Both the position numbers and the translations under genes were made by a program. This document shows, piece after piece, positions 1-13,300 of a DNA stretch of 64,000 bases (within the stretch, counting starts at the first letter, position 1; each line of letters opens with the position of its first letter). The notes beneath the pieces were generated by a model that saw nothing but the letters and a program-made list of their open reading frames with translations, was not told the DNA's origin and did not search any database. The stretch is taken from the NCBI GenBank assembly GCA_904063045.1, contig CAJFCJ010000010.1, positions 930,001 to 994,000 on the forward strand, read 5' to 3'. Source of the stretch: Dimorphilus gyrociliatus. Its lineage: Eukaryota; Animalia; Annelida.

Positions 1-207
1 GATTAAGATTGAGATATAGAAATTCTCAATTAATAAATTACGGAGAATTAACGCTTGCTCTTTGGGCATATTAGTTGATTAGATTTATGATGATATCGTT
101 GAAGAGTTCTTCATTGAAAATTCCATGTTATTTTCTACAAATAAAAAGAAATTTTAAGAAAAACTGTATAAATCCAGATAAAATATATTGACTAATTGCA
201 AAATAAT

Positions 208-2468
208 CTATTTACTAGGGTTATCCAAAGCGTTGGTAGAATCCGTAACTTTGGATGAATGCAAGTTTGCTTCGTGTTGAGATTCTTCGAGTTTAATTAT
301 ATATGAAGAAAACTTAAAGGATTTTAAGAGTAGCCCTTTTGCTACGAAGCCATAGCAGGCGAGTAGAATCATGACAACCAAACTAATAACCATAATTACG
401 ATAACTATTATGATAGCTGGAGGAAAGAGAATAAGAAAAAAGTAAGAATAAAATATTTAAAATACCTTTATCGAACGTATCTGAACTGTTTTTAACGCTT
501 TCCCCTATTGGTGGATCTATTATATACATTCAAGTTGGGTATGAATGCAAAGAAAACTATTTGACCTTGTCTTAAACTTATACATTACCTGTTGTATTTG
601 GCAATAGTGTCGTACCTGAAAAGATAGAAAGCAATAAATATAAAAGTAACATTATCATTTTTTTGTTTTAATAGAACACAAGGAAAATGATGAAAATTTG
701 GATTAATAATTAATAAGTTTGAAAGTTATTGATAGATTATTACTTGATTGTGTAGGTTTTGTACTCTCATAAATCTTATTAGTTGTAGATGTTAGTTTCG
801 AAATGAAAGAAGTTGTTAATAAAGTTGTCTTTTCTATTATTTTTTGCGTTGTACTTGTTTTAGCAGGAGGAAGAGTATGTTGAACTTTTTTTGTAGTTAA
901 AACTACATTTTTAGATGTTGTAGTTATCGTTGTTAGTTTGATTGTTGGCTTGGTTGTTGGCGTAGTTGGTTTCTGTGTTGTTGTTGGTTGTTTAGTAGTA
1001 GTTTTTGCAGTTGTTGGATCATCAATTTCTTTATAAAAGATTATATAATGTACAGGTGTATTATATAATTAAATATAAATTATTTACCTGTCTTACAAAT
1101 AATTTTATTCGTTGAGGCGCAATTTGCGCAATCTAATCCATCATTTGATAGAACAACACACTGATTATCTGGCGCGTTACAGTCAGTAATTGTTTTCCAG
1201 TTGGAATTAAAGGTTATACATTTGCCACTATCGCAAAATATTCTTTTTGTATAACCTAACCAAACTTGATCGGTAGATATTTTAGTTTGTAATTTATTGT
1301 AATCCTCAGCTGTTTTAATAGTTAGTAACGTGGTTTGACTATCTCGGCAAAATTTTTGAGCCTCAGTAAAACTTTTCGTTACTATTTAATAAAAAGTAAA
1401 AACTCTATTTTATTACTTTAATATATAAAGGATTTAATTAAAAAAGAAAGTGAATAATTCATGTCACCTGTATGATAATTAAATTTAGCATCTATAAATG
1501 GTTTTTTGATATTGCAATTGTCAGTTTGAAGAGGAGAGTTTTTGCTTGCGGTTACGCAATCAGAAGTTGGTTCAGTTGTAGACCATGTAAGTAAGGTTGC
1601 ATTATAGATAAAGTTTACGCCGTTACCACCACATATAGAACCATCTGAACAGGCTATAGAACAAAAGGAATTCTGAGCCTTATTGTACTTTCCAAAGGAA
1701 TTTCCACAATAGCAGCTTGGTGAAACCTAATAACATAGAGTTTTCTTAATAAATATTAGTGTTATTTATTAATCTTACTCCGTCATGTTGTATTCCAGCA
1801 TATTTGAAACCATTATTATTTCCCACATTCAATTGTAAACAACTCAATTTACAATTTAACTTAGTTACGAAAATAGGTGCCAGTGGTGACTTGTGAGGCA
1901 AATCTGGAGCGATACTTACATCATTATAACATCCAATTTCGTCATCTTCATCAATAGTTGACTGCTGGCTTTCTGCAGCTGTATATAAATATTATAAAAA
2001 AGAAATACTTTTATCATATACTGCAATACTGCGGTACTTAAATAAGGTAGAGACTACAAACTTTCTTTAATAGATCCGTATATGTTACTACTGGTAGAAA
2101 TGTATTTTGTCCATATCCTTTCATTTTTAAATTTATTATTAACATCAGACGGCAAAAGAGGATAAATGACTGTGGAATCCTGAGCACAATTGTTTGAACC
2201 ATCAGCAGCGTTAGAGTCTCTTATATAGAGACAATAGTCGGTATTACCCTCATTAACGGAAATTCCATTAAGAGTTGTACATTGATGTGTAGTTATCTTT
2301 GAATCTAGGTTTAAATATAGAAATTATATTAACGACACGTATACGCTATGCTAATATGGAGGATAGTTAAATTACGGCAATAGGAAATGAGTAGAGAAAA
2401 CGAAACTAACTTAATACTGAAGTACACGTAAGAATAAGTAAAACAATGAGCTCTGTTGTCTTCCTCAT
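208..2468 (-). CDS. Type-I membrane protein: signal peptide, degenerate CTL-like region, WSC domain, C-type lectin-like domain, Thr-rich mucin stalk, TM helix, short tail (9 exons)
   Basis: Hand-spliced with GT-AG introns. ATG 2468 gives MRKTTELIVLLILTCTSVL. WSC: IGCYNDV...CKLSC...KYAGIQHDG|VSPSCYCGNSFGKY...CSIACSDGSICGG. CTLD: KSFTEAQKFCRDSQTTLLTIK...QVWLGY...QCVVL...CANCASTNKIIC. Exon ~744-1028 encodes PTTAKTTTKQPTTTQKPTT. Last exon 208-416 encodes IIIVIVIMVISLVVMILLACYGF; stop TAG 210-208. Confidence 0.85.
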
Positions 2469-2606
2469 TAGTCAAAAATATTGTTTACTCCATCATAAAT
2501 CCTACTAATCTTGTGTAAATAGGTAAAAATTGAACATTTTCAATATAGACTTCTAAACTGCTATACTGTATCCTTAGTAGCAGACATACAATCGAAATAA
2601 TACGGG

Positions 2607-2619
2607 GTAACCTGGTAAC
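2607..2619. promoter_or_regulatory. RFX X-box-like motif GTAACCTGGTAAC about 140 bp upstream of the WSC/CTL gene ATG
   Basis: Matches GTNRCC-N-RGYAAC; promoter-proximal position. Confidence 0.4.
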
Positions 2620-3373
2620 TCGTGAATATTGATTAATCTACTGTCTCCGCTACAGAGGTACAGTATATATCTACAGTACACGGTAAAGGTAAAACACACC
2701 TAATATTACTTCTACAACAAGCAATAGAGTTAATTAATTGTTTTTATCTTATGCAATCCTTTAAAAAATTGTTGTTTTAAAGAAACTATCAACAAACTAT
2801 ACTATTCTTCCATCAAATGGATTTCTATTACGTGAAGATATATAAAAGCCACAAATACTGGCCAGTTCTTTTTTTTGAGAAATTATCCATTTTTCTAATA
2901 TTATTTAATAAACATTTATCTTTTTTATCATTATGAAAAGCTGTATACAAGATTTTTGTTTTGAGTTTTCCTTTCCTTTCTTTTCTAATCTTAATCTAAA
3001 AATAGACTTAAAGTGGTCAAAACTAGATTATAGACATTTCTAAACAATCACTATTTTGTACAGTTAAGTTGAAAAAGGCTACTTATTGTCTTTTTTTTTA
3101 CATGTAAAAAGTAGAAACTATTACAGAAAGAGAGTTTAGAAAAAGTACTTTTTCTTAAAAATATTCAATATCTTTTATGATAATATCCAAACTTTTGCTT
3201 TATTTCTTTTATTAAGAAAATTTATATTTACATTTAACTAATTGAAGTTAAGTATAATTTAGTTAAAAAGAAATATAAAGATGATTAATCGAAGGAGAGA
3301 GAAAGAGAGAAAAAGGGGAAAAGAAGGTTTTGGGGACGGTAGGAATTTTATACGGTTAGTAAATTCAAAATCT

Positions 3374-3404
<31 letters not shown>

Positions 3405-4269
3405 GGTATGTTATATTGAGTTCATTCTGTATAATTGATTATTTTTTGCAATATTTCATAGTTAATGGAAATATCCATAATGACATAATTCAATATTTGC
3501 TTCTGTTATTGTTACATTTTCTTAACCAAATTTTTGACAAGTTTATTACAATTTAGAAAAGAAAATTGGTATAAAAAAAACATTGATAATTAAAAATAAC
3601 AAAAAAAAGAAAAAGGAGAAATTCAACAAATATCTTTCTTTTGTTTTTTTAAAAAAAAAATATTAACTTTTTTTAATCATTCTTTCAGAATTTTTCTCTG
3701 TAAATTGTATTATTTTATGTTTTGATTTTAATTATTTAAAAAGAGAGAAAGTTTTATGTAAACAAAGAAATAAATAAAATATTGACAAAAAGTGTTAAGT
3801 AAAATTTTGTTAATTACAAAAAGAAACTCTTGTGTTTTTGTTTGTTCGTCCAAAGAGAAAAAAAGAATCAGCTTTGTACACATTTAATAAAAAGAAAAGG
3901 AAATTTACATTTCATACTATTTCTTTTTCATAAAGATAAAAATACATTGATAGAGATGAATAGTTCAAACTATAGTTATATTTGTATATTGTACTTTGTT
4001 CTTTGGATAACTAAAGGGAAAAGAAAACCAGTTAAATTTGTTTTCTTTTATCTTTATCTGCATCTAATTTTGCTTATTTCTTTTACATAAATAGCACACA
4101 CAAAAATAAAGAACAACATCTCAATATCACAAGTAAAACAATTAAAAATTAACAAATGTAATAAACTTGTTTTCTTTGGAAAGTAAAACATGATTTTTCT
4201 TGTTATTTTAAATGAAAAGAAATCTTTTGACAAAAACAACTTAAATAGGTTGAAATGTAAAATAACGTT

Positions 4270-4272
<3 letters not shown>

Positions 4273-4305
<33 letters not shown>
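4273..4305. repeat. (AT)n microsatellite
   Basis: Direct reading. Confidence 0.95.
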
Positions 4306-4311
<6 letters not shown>

Positions 4312-4337
4312 TTTTTAAGTATAATTCTGAATAACAA

Positions 4338-7300
4338 TCAAATGACTGAAGATGAAGCTTCTTTTGATCTTTCGTCTGCTATTCTTTCTTCTTCACTTTT
4401 CCAAAAAGCGTAATTGTCCTCTAAATTTCCCATAAGCTCGGAAATATCAATCAGTTCTATTGACAGGGAAAAAAACAATGATATAAAATAATACTTCTAA
4501 ACAGTTATTGAATGGGAATATTAATGTTTATTTATGGGATATATGACGTTGGCAAAGGATCTAAATACTGTATTAAAGTTAATCTCTTTATACATAACTT
4601 ACCATTCCAAGCTGCAAACATATCTTTAATAATAAAATCCAAAAATCCAGTTTGACATTTACCCAAATTACATGTTTTCCTATCAAAGTTGGGCATAACT
4701 AATGGCAAACCTTTCCTCTCTTCCTCTTCTGTTTGATCAAAGTATTCTTCAGAGATTCTCTTCGACCATTCAACACACAAGTCTCTCGATCTAAGTGGAT
4801 TTGAAATGTCCGCGCACTTAATCAGTATTCGTAGGATAATCCGTTTTGAATCGGGTGAAGATAGGGCAGCCAGCGTAGTGTCATCGAATATTTTCGTTTC
4901 AGTGGCGAAAGATGGAGCTGGCTGTTCGTTTGGTGGGCTAATCTGAAGTGCTTTAGTTGAGCTAACAAATCTTGAAACATGTTCAAAATGCTTTGACATA
5001 TCAGTAGCTAACACCATATCAATTATTGATTCTCTTAAAGTCCTATAATCGTCCCTGGATATATTCTTAAAAATATTCGCCGTATCCGAAGAGCCGGTGA
5101 GCCGGAAGGCTAAAGAAGCGTGATGAGATTCCAAAACGGAAATATCGTTGTACAACAAAGCCAGGTTAGAAGAAGCATTTACTAAGAACGGATTGGTTCT
5201 GCCTGGGTGATCGACATCATGTACAACGGCCGACAAACATGCGGCCACTCTGTCCACATCTTCTAAAATCACTTTAGCCCTGGGACGGTTTAAAAAATAG
5301 GCTGTAGCATGAAGGACATCGGATCCGTGTGTCGAATTGTGATATGGGTTGCTAATATGATAATTTTGCTCTATTATAGTTAACCAATTGAAGAGTAGAG
5401 CCTCATCTATACGTAACAGTTCCTGTACACCAAAACGTCTAAAGATTTTTAGGCCTAAGTATGCTAAGGGTCGTTTATGAGTGGCTTCTTCTAAACGAAG
5501 TATATCATACGACCACAATTCGTCATTTTCCAAATATTCTGAATATTTATTTAGAGCATCGCTTGTGTTTGAGAATTGAGATCTTATAATTCCAGGAGTA
5601 ATATCTTTATCTGTAGATAAAAGCAAATATATTTCTTGAATAGAAAAATAATTATACAATTAGTATTCACAGCTTAATTAACTGTACAAGTTTTATCGCT
5701 ACAAAGATAAATGTTGTCAAATATGTTTGAAATGAAACCCCTAATAGAACTTGGTGATAAGTAGGGTAGAATCATGCAATTTTCATTCTAATGACAACTC
5801 GTTGTACCTTTTTTTATTCCAATTTAAAAGGAAGAGAAATTCATATGTATAATTTTCTACTTTATATTACTCCCAATTTTTCGCTATTCTATACCGTCCC
5901 TGTCCTTGTTGTGTTTGTATGTGTGTGTGTGTTTCTCTTTCTCTCTCTCTCTCCCTTTCAGTCTCTTCCTCTCAATTTCTCTCCCACTTTAACGATTGTT
6001 CTTCTCTTTTTCTGCCTATCACTCGCCCTCTCTTACCTATTCTCTTCTCCTCTCTTGAGTAAAACCGTTTAGATTATGCACAGACAATAACCTTTTGGAG
6101 CATGAAAAGGAAAAAAATAGAAAAGAAAAGAGAAGTGGACAGTGATAAGTAGAAGTATTTTATCGTTAATACGAGATACATGGAACTGTTAATGTAGATT
6201 GAAGATAAAAATGTGTTACGCAATTATTTCAAATCAAACAGTCTTGACCTACTTAACTCTTCTTTAAATTTGATATACTGGTAACAAAAGAATATTAGTT
6301 TTATTATATCTACAATAAAATATCATCTGGAAGAAAACTATATTCATTTTTGATTGTTAACTCCAGATATGTCAATATATTACATTATATATATATTTGT
6401 GAAAATACGTTTGCTTACTTGATCCCTTATTAAAAATTGTAATTCTATATTTATATTAAATCCTTACAAGACTGAAAGAGAGAAATTGAATAGAGTTTAA
6501 CTAATTAATTATTTGCTTCCTTGTTAGTCGATGCTAAAGGAAAATAATAGTAATCTAAGAATATTGAATAATTTCTTGTGTTTTTCTGTCTTTTTTTATA
6601 AATATTTAACAATGACAACAAAATGAGAATAAACGCAAAAGAAATCCGTACAAAATGAAAATGAAACTCGTCTAAATACGACTTTTTTTTATAAGGACAG
6701 CTGGAAAGTATCATTGGTGTCATTGAACTATATAACTTTGTTTTCTGTTAACCTTATTAGAAAGTCCAATTTTCAATTCGTTCAACTCGAACCAGTCTCG
6801 TATCAGAGTACTCACACTATGGTATGCCGATCAAACACTATCGATTACTCTAAATTACGTTCGCACGAGCACCATTTATCAAAGTAATACGATTAACTAT
6901 CAAAGAAGCATAAAATAGTGTGTTTTTATAGTTCTCGTCCATTCAACCTGAGCATGTTAAGAAGGTTATAAACAACATTATACTGGTGGAATGAGACGGA
7001 AAATAAAACAGTAATGAAATAAAAATAAATAAATAAATAAATAGAAAATTAGGCCTATACTAAAGCTGATTGACGGCAAATACTTAACGAGATTTGCGTA
7101 TCGGAAAACAGAGCTAATATAAAAAATAACAAACAAAAGATCATTCTATTAGAGATTTATAACAGAGAACACATGGATATGTTTTATATTATATATATAT
7201 ATATAAGCAAATATATACTATATGCTCTCTGTATTTAATTATGTAGCATTTACAAAATATTTCTCTATTATGAAAATAGCTAGAGGACAACGATGATTGC

Positions 7301-10300
7301 CAAGTAAGCTTGTTAAAAGAAGAAACTAAAGGATATTTAGGGTTGCAGAATTGGCTGAAGGGAAAGAAGAGATAAAATATATTGACTTGAAGTGAGTGAG
7401 CAGGACGGAGACAGAGAGAGAATAAGAGAGCGAGAGAGAGAGAGAGAGAGAGAGAGGCTAATTAAAGTATGATGTATATAAGTTATTTATATTTTTTTCA
7501 ACTATAAATGGTAAGAGAATCTATATTCTTCGTAGTAAGATAAAATCCGTGACTTGTCATATAACTTTTGAGCGTGATATTAAATTTCAATACTTAATCC
7601 AAAAATTCATAATCACGAAGATAAAAATATATTTAGAAATCGAAAAAAGTAAAAAAAAGAGAATTGGAAAAACAAAAAAAAAAAAAAAGAAAGGAGACTC
7701 CATCACTTTTTTAACGGTAATCGATTGCCTTTTGAAAATATTTTAATCGACTTTTAACTATCTGTATCAAGCCAAGTTTTAATTTTAATATGAACCAATG
7801 GAAAAATCATTAGTTCTCTTTTATTCCTATTTTTTCAATTTTAGCCTAGTAAATGTTATATCTTTCTATCAAAATTGAGAATGTTGAGTAAATCTTTAGT
7901 ATATAAGAGTACTATTACGCATTTAGACAAATTTACACTTTTGCTTATACAGATGTACAATAGATGTTTTTCTTTTTCTCTCAGTCATTTTTTTCTTTCT
8001 TATTCAAATTATACGCTTCTTATACTATTCCACCCACATTTTCTCCACGCTCGTTTATTTTAATACTATTTAATCTTTCTCACTGCTTTCTTATGGCAAT
8101 TATTTTTGTATACTTAGAAATTAATGATATTTTTTTGCCTAAAGTATAGAAAACCTAAAGTGACATTATATATATATTATATATATATATATAATGATCA
8201 AAAGAGTGTTCGTTTCTTTTATACAGTAACGATATAAATCAATTTAGAGAAAACAATGTAAAAAACTATAATATACAATAGGGGAATACAAAAGAATACT
8301 AAGAGAAAAAGAAAAGAATAATAACAGCTTACCTGCAAAGGATTTTGGAGAAGAGAATTCACTAGAGTGTTTCCGTTTAGCAGTTGTCTAGTTAAAAAAA
8401 AAAAAGAAAAAACATAGGAAAAATTGAAAAAAAATGAAGAATAACAAATGTAGTTTGAAAAAAATATGCATATAATTAAGTCATTGAGGCTTTAAGTGAA
8501 AAGTAATTAGCTTTTTAATTAAAAAAGAGAAAAGAGGAAAAAAAAAAGAGAATAATCTTACAGTTATCAAACCACCCACGTAATCATTAGCTACGTCGTC
8601 TTGTATTTTTGAATCAAATTTTAATGGTGAATATAACTCCGCACTTCTTAGAATTTCTAACGCCGAGTCTAAAGCGTTTTCAGTTTGCGGTGTTGTCTCT
8701 TTAACCATATTAATAACGTTGATAACTCGCATAATTGGAGCGTCTAACATGACGCTTTGTTGCTGAGCAAAGCGCGTTAGGAAAGAATCTTTTCGTTTTG
8801 AAGTTATGCCAACAGTTCCGTTTGACGTTTCCTTATGAAAATCGGGTGAAATACGCCGAACCGTCACCAGAAGGTCAGAGACGTATTCGACTGTGCAACG
8901 ACCTGATTCGGCTTTCCAAGAGTATTTGGTTTCGGTTGATAATGAGTTTCTGATTTCGTCGGGAATGGGTGGACGATGATCAGCAAAGATTTGCTTAAAT
9001 GAGGCGTTTGAATAACACGTAACATCGCTGGAGGCTTCACGAATTTCTACGGCGTCGGTGCAATTCTCAAGGGCAGCTAAAACAGCACTGCTAACCCTGA
9101 GTTTTAGGTTGGTTTTGACGAGATCAAATAGTACTAAAAGATCATCATAAGCATCTTGTTTGGAGACGGTATGGAATAGACGCTGTATTTCATAAAAAAG
9201 CAAGAGAAAGCCAATATTAAATATATACAAAATGAATGTGGAAGTATAAAACGTTAAAGGAATACATTTTTTTATTTCAATTGGCCTATAATTTCAATTA
9301 TTTTAAAAACAGAGTATATATTGAACAGTTTGTTGCTTATTCAAAAAATTATCTCTCATAAATCTATTAGTTGCGATTAATTTTCACGATTCGAAATATA
9401 TAAATAAAATTTCATATATGTAATTCATTTTTTTATGACCTACTTTCTGTAATGTATTAAATAATAATAAAAAAGAGCAGCTTTTACTTTCCTAGATATT
9501 AGTATCTGTGACCTTTTCTATTTCATTTCTACATATTGGGAGAGAAAGAGTTGAGAAAGCGAGATATTTTGTTAAAACCAGTAAAATGTTAGATATAGAG
9601 CCATTTCCTTAATTTCTTTAGTTCAATTTCAATGAAATAGCCACGATGTACAACTGTATATTGATTCGACTTAGTCACCTAGAAAATTGTTGAGCTCTAT
9701 ATAATCTTTTTCTTTAACGCGTCTTGCAGCTTTTATCAATTAATTATTCGGAAAGGAGGGAGGAGACAGGAGGTAGGGGGTGGAAAAGGGAAAGAGGAAA
9801 AAGGGGAAAATTGCCTAAGTCACCTTGACAGACGATTCAACCTTGTTTAGGGTTGAGCTATACTAGCTCTTTTTTTATAAGATTATTTTAAGCTCACAAG
9901 GGTCAAATCAAGTTTATTCCTATCATTAATAATTTATATGATTTAATGATAGTAGATTTACTTGTATTCTCCTAACCGCTTACTCTTTTTTTAATATCCC
10001 TATTTAAATAATCAAAGTAGCAATTGGACTGTAGTTAGTTAGAAATATTGAATAAATGACTCAGCTATAAAGAATAAAAAGAAGAGAGAAGCGACCAGTC
10101 AATCATTCAAATATTGGACATTCAAACTAATGTTCTTAAAAGATATTAATCAACTAATTAGATAAAATATAATATATTCATATCATGCTAGCTAAATTTA
10201 TTTCTTTTTATTTCTAAAAGTAGATTTAAATAGAAAATTTCTATCTATTCTTATTCAAGTTTATACAAGTTAGTTAAACTCTTTCACAGTTAGGAATTTA

Positions 10301-13300
10301 CTGTACTAAGCGAATGGAAAGAGAAGACGATCTGCATATCTAAGTATAATTTCTGTTGAAATACATAAATGAGGTTTAGAAAAGCTTAGAGGAGTTAGAG
10401 GTGGTAGAAAAATACTAAGTAAATATTATATATATATATACATATATATATTTATTTTAATATATATATATAATCTTTATATATAATATTTACAGTAAAA
10501 CACATAGAGTATGTAAGATTAATATTACTAGGGTGTTTTATAATACATAGACTTGTATACCCATACTTTGTTCCATATGGGACTTGTATACTGATACTTA
10601 ACTGTTAAAATATATCTTGGGTAGATCAATTTCAATTTGAACGACATTGATCTGACCTTCAGACTCTTTGCATGGTTAATAGTTTATACAATTTTTGCCA
10701 TATTGTATATCAGAGCAAACTGGTTATGGTAAAGATATATCTTTGATAGCTTCTCTTTAACGACAAGCCGTCATGCTCACTTTCTACCTACATTTTATTC
10801 CCTGTGTTTTCCTCCTTCCCTCTCTCTCTCCCCAACCCCCAACTATCCTTATTTCTATTTCTCTTTCTCTCTCTTTAAACACCCCTCGAAATAAAGTAAA
10901 TAAAAGATATTTATACAAATAGGGGTAATTTTCTAACTTAATTTAAAGGAATTCCTTTTCTTTAAACTCTACCTACAAATTTACAAGTAATAATAGTTTG
11001 ATAATAATTTCAAGTGGACGATAAAAAAGATTTAAATATATGGGAACAAGTAGGAGAGAGGTAGAAAAAAAACTAGTGATAAAAAGCTGGATAGATAACT
11101 AGATAGATAGATAGAAATAGAGAGCAGAAAGAGTCTGAAATGTATCTTTTAAGGTTGCTGACGTATTTGAGAGTTTCTATTTCGTTAGCTTTTGTGCGGT
11201 AAAGTATTGCTAGAAAAACTCTTTAGGATACTCCTTAACCTGTAATATTGACCTATTTTTTCGAAAATGTTTAAATGTTACGTAGCCAAGTTCAATGTCC
11301 ATGGCCAAGGGCAAAAATTGTTTTTTTGAAACTATCTTAAGCAGTAAGGCTTTGGAAATGTTTAAAGTATGATTAATAAGATTAATAATAAAGAAGAATG
11401 TATTATAGTAAGATGGAATTATGGATATAAGTAATATTTTCGATATTAAAAACTAGCAATTAAATTATTCCATTTAGATATATTGCATAGATTATATATG
11501 TATATCTGTAGATAATGTATGTTCTATACTAATTTACAGTATACTGTATATATATAATCCAACAGAAAGAAACAAATCTCTCAAAGACATTTTGATTAAT
11601 ATGAAAATCTTTAAGAATTCTCATTCTGTCTCTCCTTCAAGCCTACTCAGTTTCTTTGTCTCGAATTTACTTCTTTACCGACATTGTCAGAAACGATTGA
11701 AGTTATTATATTTTATTCTCTGATTAAATTCTTTTTAATTTCAAGGAATCAGATAGAAAAAAAGGAACTGCCAAGTACAAAAGAGGCATTTTCATCAAAA
11801 GCGGATTGTGTGAATAGACCATGGCCACTCTTATCTACATATATATTTGATTTTTATTTACCTACACTATTGTTCGATAATGATATTTTATGTTTACACC
11901 CCAAACCTTTAACTAATAGATTCTGTATATTCAACATTCTACTTTTCATGAAACTGATGTAACAAAGTAAAGGGGAAGATGACAAGCAAAAATACTAAAT
12001 GTAAAACATTGTTCTTTTGAAAAATTAGTTCTATTTTGTTCAAAATTAGCATCCTAAAGAGAAACTCTGTCTCTCCTAACCCTGCAAGTCATTCTAAATT
12101 CTATCGCATTTCCTTGCATAGAAACAAAGTCAAGCTGCGTCTAAAAATATGATTATATTCCATTTACAGACATTACAGTGGGGAGTAATTCGAAACAAAC
12201 GAAATAAAGTTGTGAATGCACTAACCTTGTAAAAAAAACCTAGAAAACTAGACTACAAAATGTTTTTCTGTATTCTGTTATTTTTTTTTCTTAGACATAA
12301 ACAGATCAATCCTAAATACTTTTCTCTAACAATATGATAATAGAATATTCTTATATTCCTCTATTTTCGCTTAGTTTTTTCATTTTTATTACAAAAATTT
12401 GTATTTAAAATTTATAACTACTTACATAATTATATCCAGTTGCTAATAAAGCTCCTACGTCCGTCTTATCGCCCTCCGACCTATTGATGTGAAAGAGAAA
12501 CAAAAAATAAGCAATTATTAAGAAAAAATTAGGTTAAATAGTTCCTCGGGGAACACTCGGTAAAGAGAACTTCAAAATGCAAAATATAGGCAATTTAGGA
12601 AAACATGCACAAGAAGAGGGAAAAAAATAAAACTCCAATTACTATATTTAAAAAAATAAGTATCTATATATAAATATATATATACTGTATAAATTATATA
12701 TATATACATATATATACATACTGCATATATACTAATATATACATAATTATATATATATATAAAATATATATTCATATATGTAAATAGGAAAAAAAAAGTG
12801 TCTAAATGAGTCAGAAATACGACCTTTTAGAAGAACATACTCCCGACCGCAATCTACGGCTGCAAAAATCGAAATGATGTTTTTTTTTTTGTTTTGGCTT
12901 TTTTTTTTCTTTTTAGATTTTTGTTTTATTAAGAAACTAAAATAAATCAAAGAAAGAAAAAGAAAGAAAAAGGAAGTGTGAAAATAAACTTTTTAGTGTT
13001 GGTGTGTCTTAAATATCTTTATTTTAGTTTTTGGAATAGTTTTTTCTTTTTTTTTTAAAAAAACAAATATAAAAGAAACAGGTAAATAATTAAACGTCAG
13101 AAAAAGAGAAAAATAATCAATTATAATGAACAATTTTTTCCCTTAGGTCTTTTTAGATTGTTACATTTTGCTTTCTTGTCTTTTTTTATGGATATTTTAA
13201 TGCTTTAATTTGTACTTAAAAAGATTTCTCTCTAATGTTACTTACCGTTGATTTTTCGGTATTATGGCCGCAATAATGGCAAATTCATTTTGGTTACGTA

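Noticed and set aside
875-895. Possible frameshift in the A-run of the mucin exon
   Set aside because: Counting seven T's keeps the frame (TTKKVQHTLPP).
3281-4239. Several 60-90-aa ORFs in AT-rich, (AT)n or (AG)n DNA (also 5791, 12572, 17298, 19190, 19892, 30463, 36428, 36661 and others)
   Set aside because: Low-complexity translations of microsatellites and poly-T/A tracts, often with TTG/GTG starts and no splice support.
10620-10735. Short hairpin-like stretches in a PDE8 intron, considered as a miRNA
   Set aside because: Stems are short and interrupted, and no known mature miRNA was recognised.
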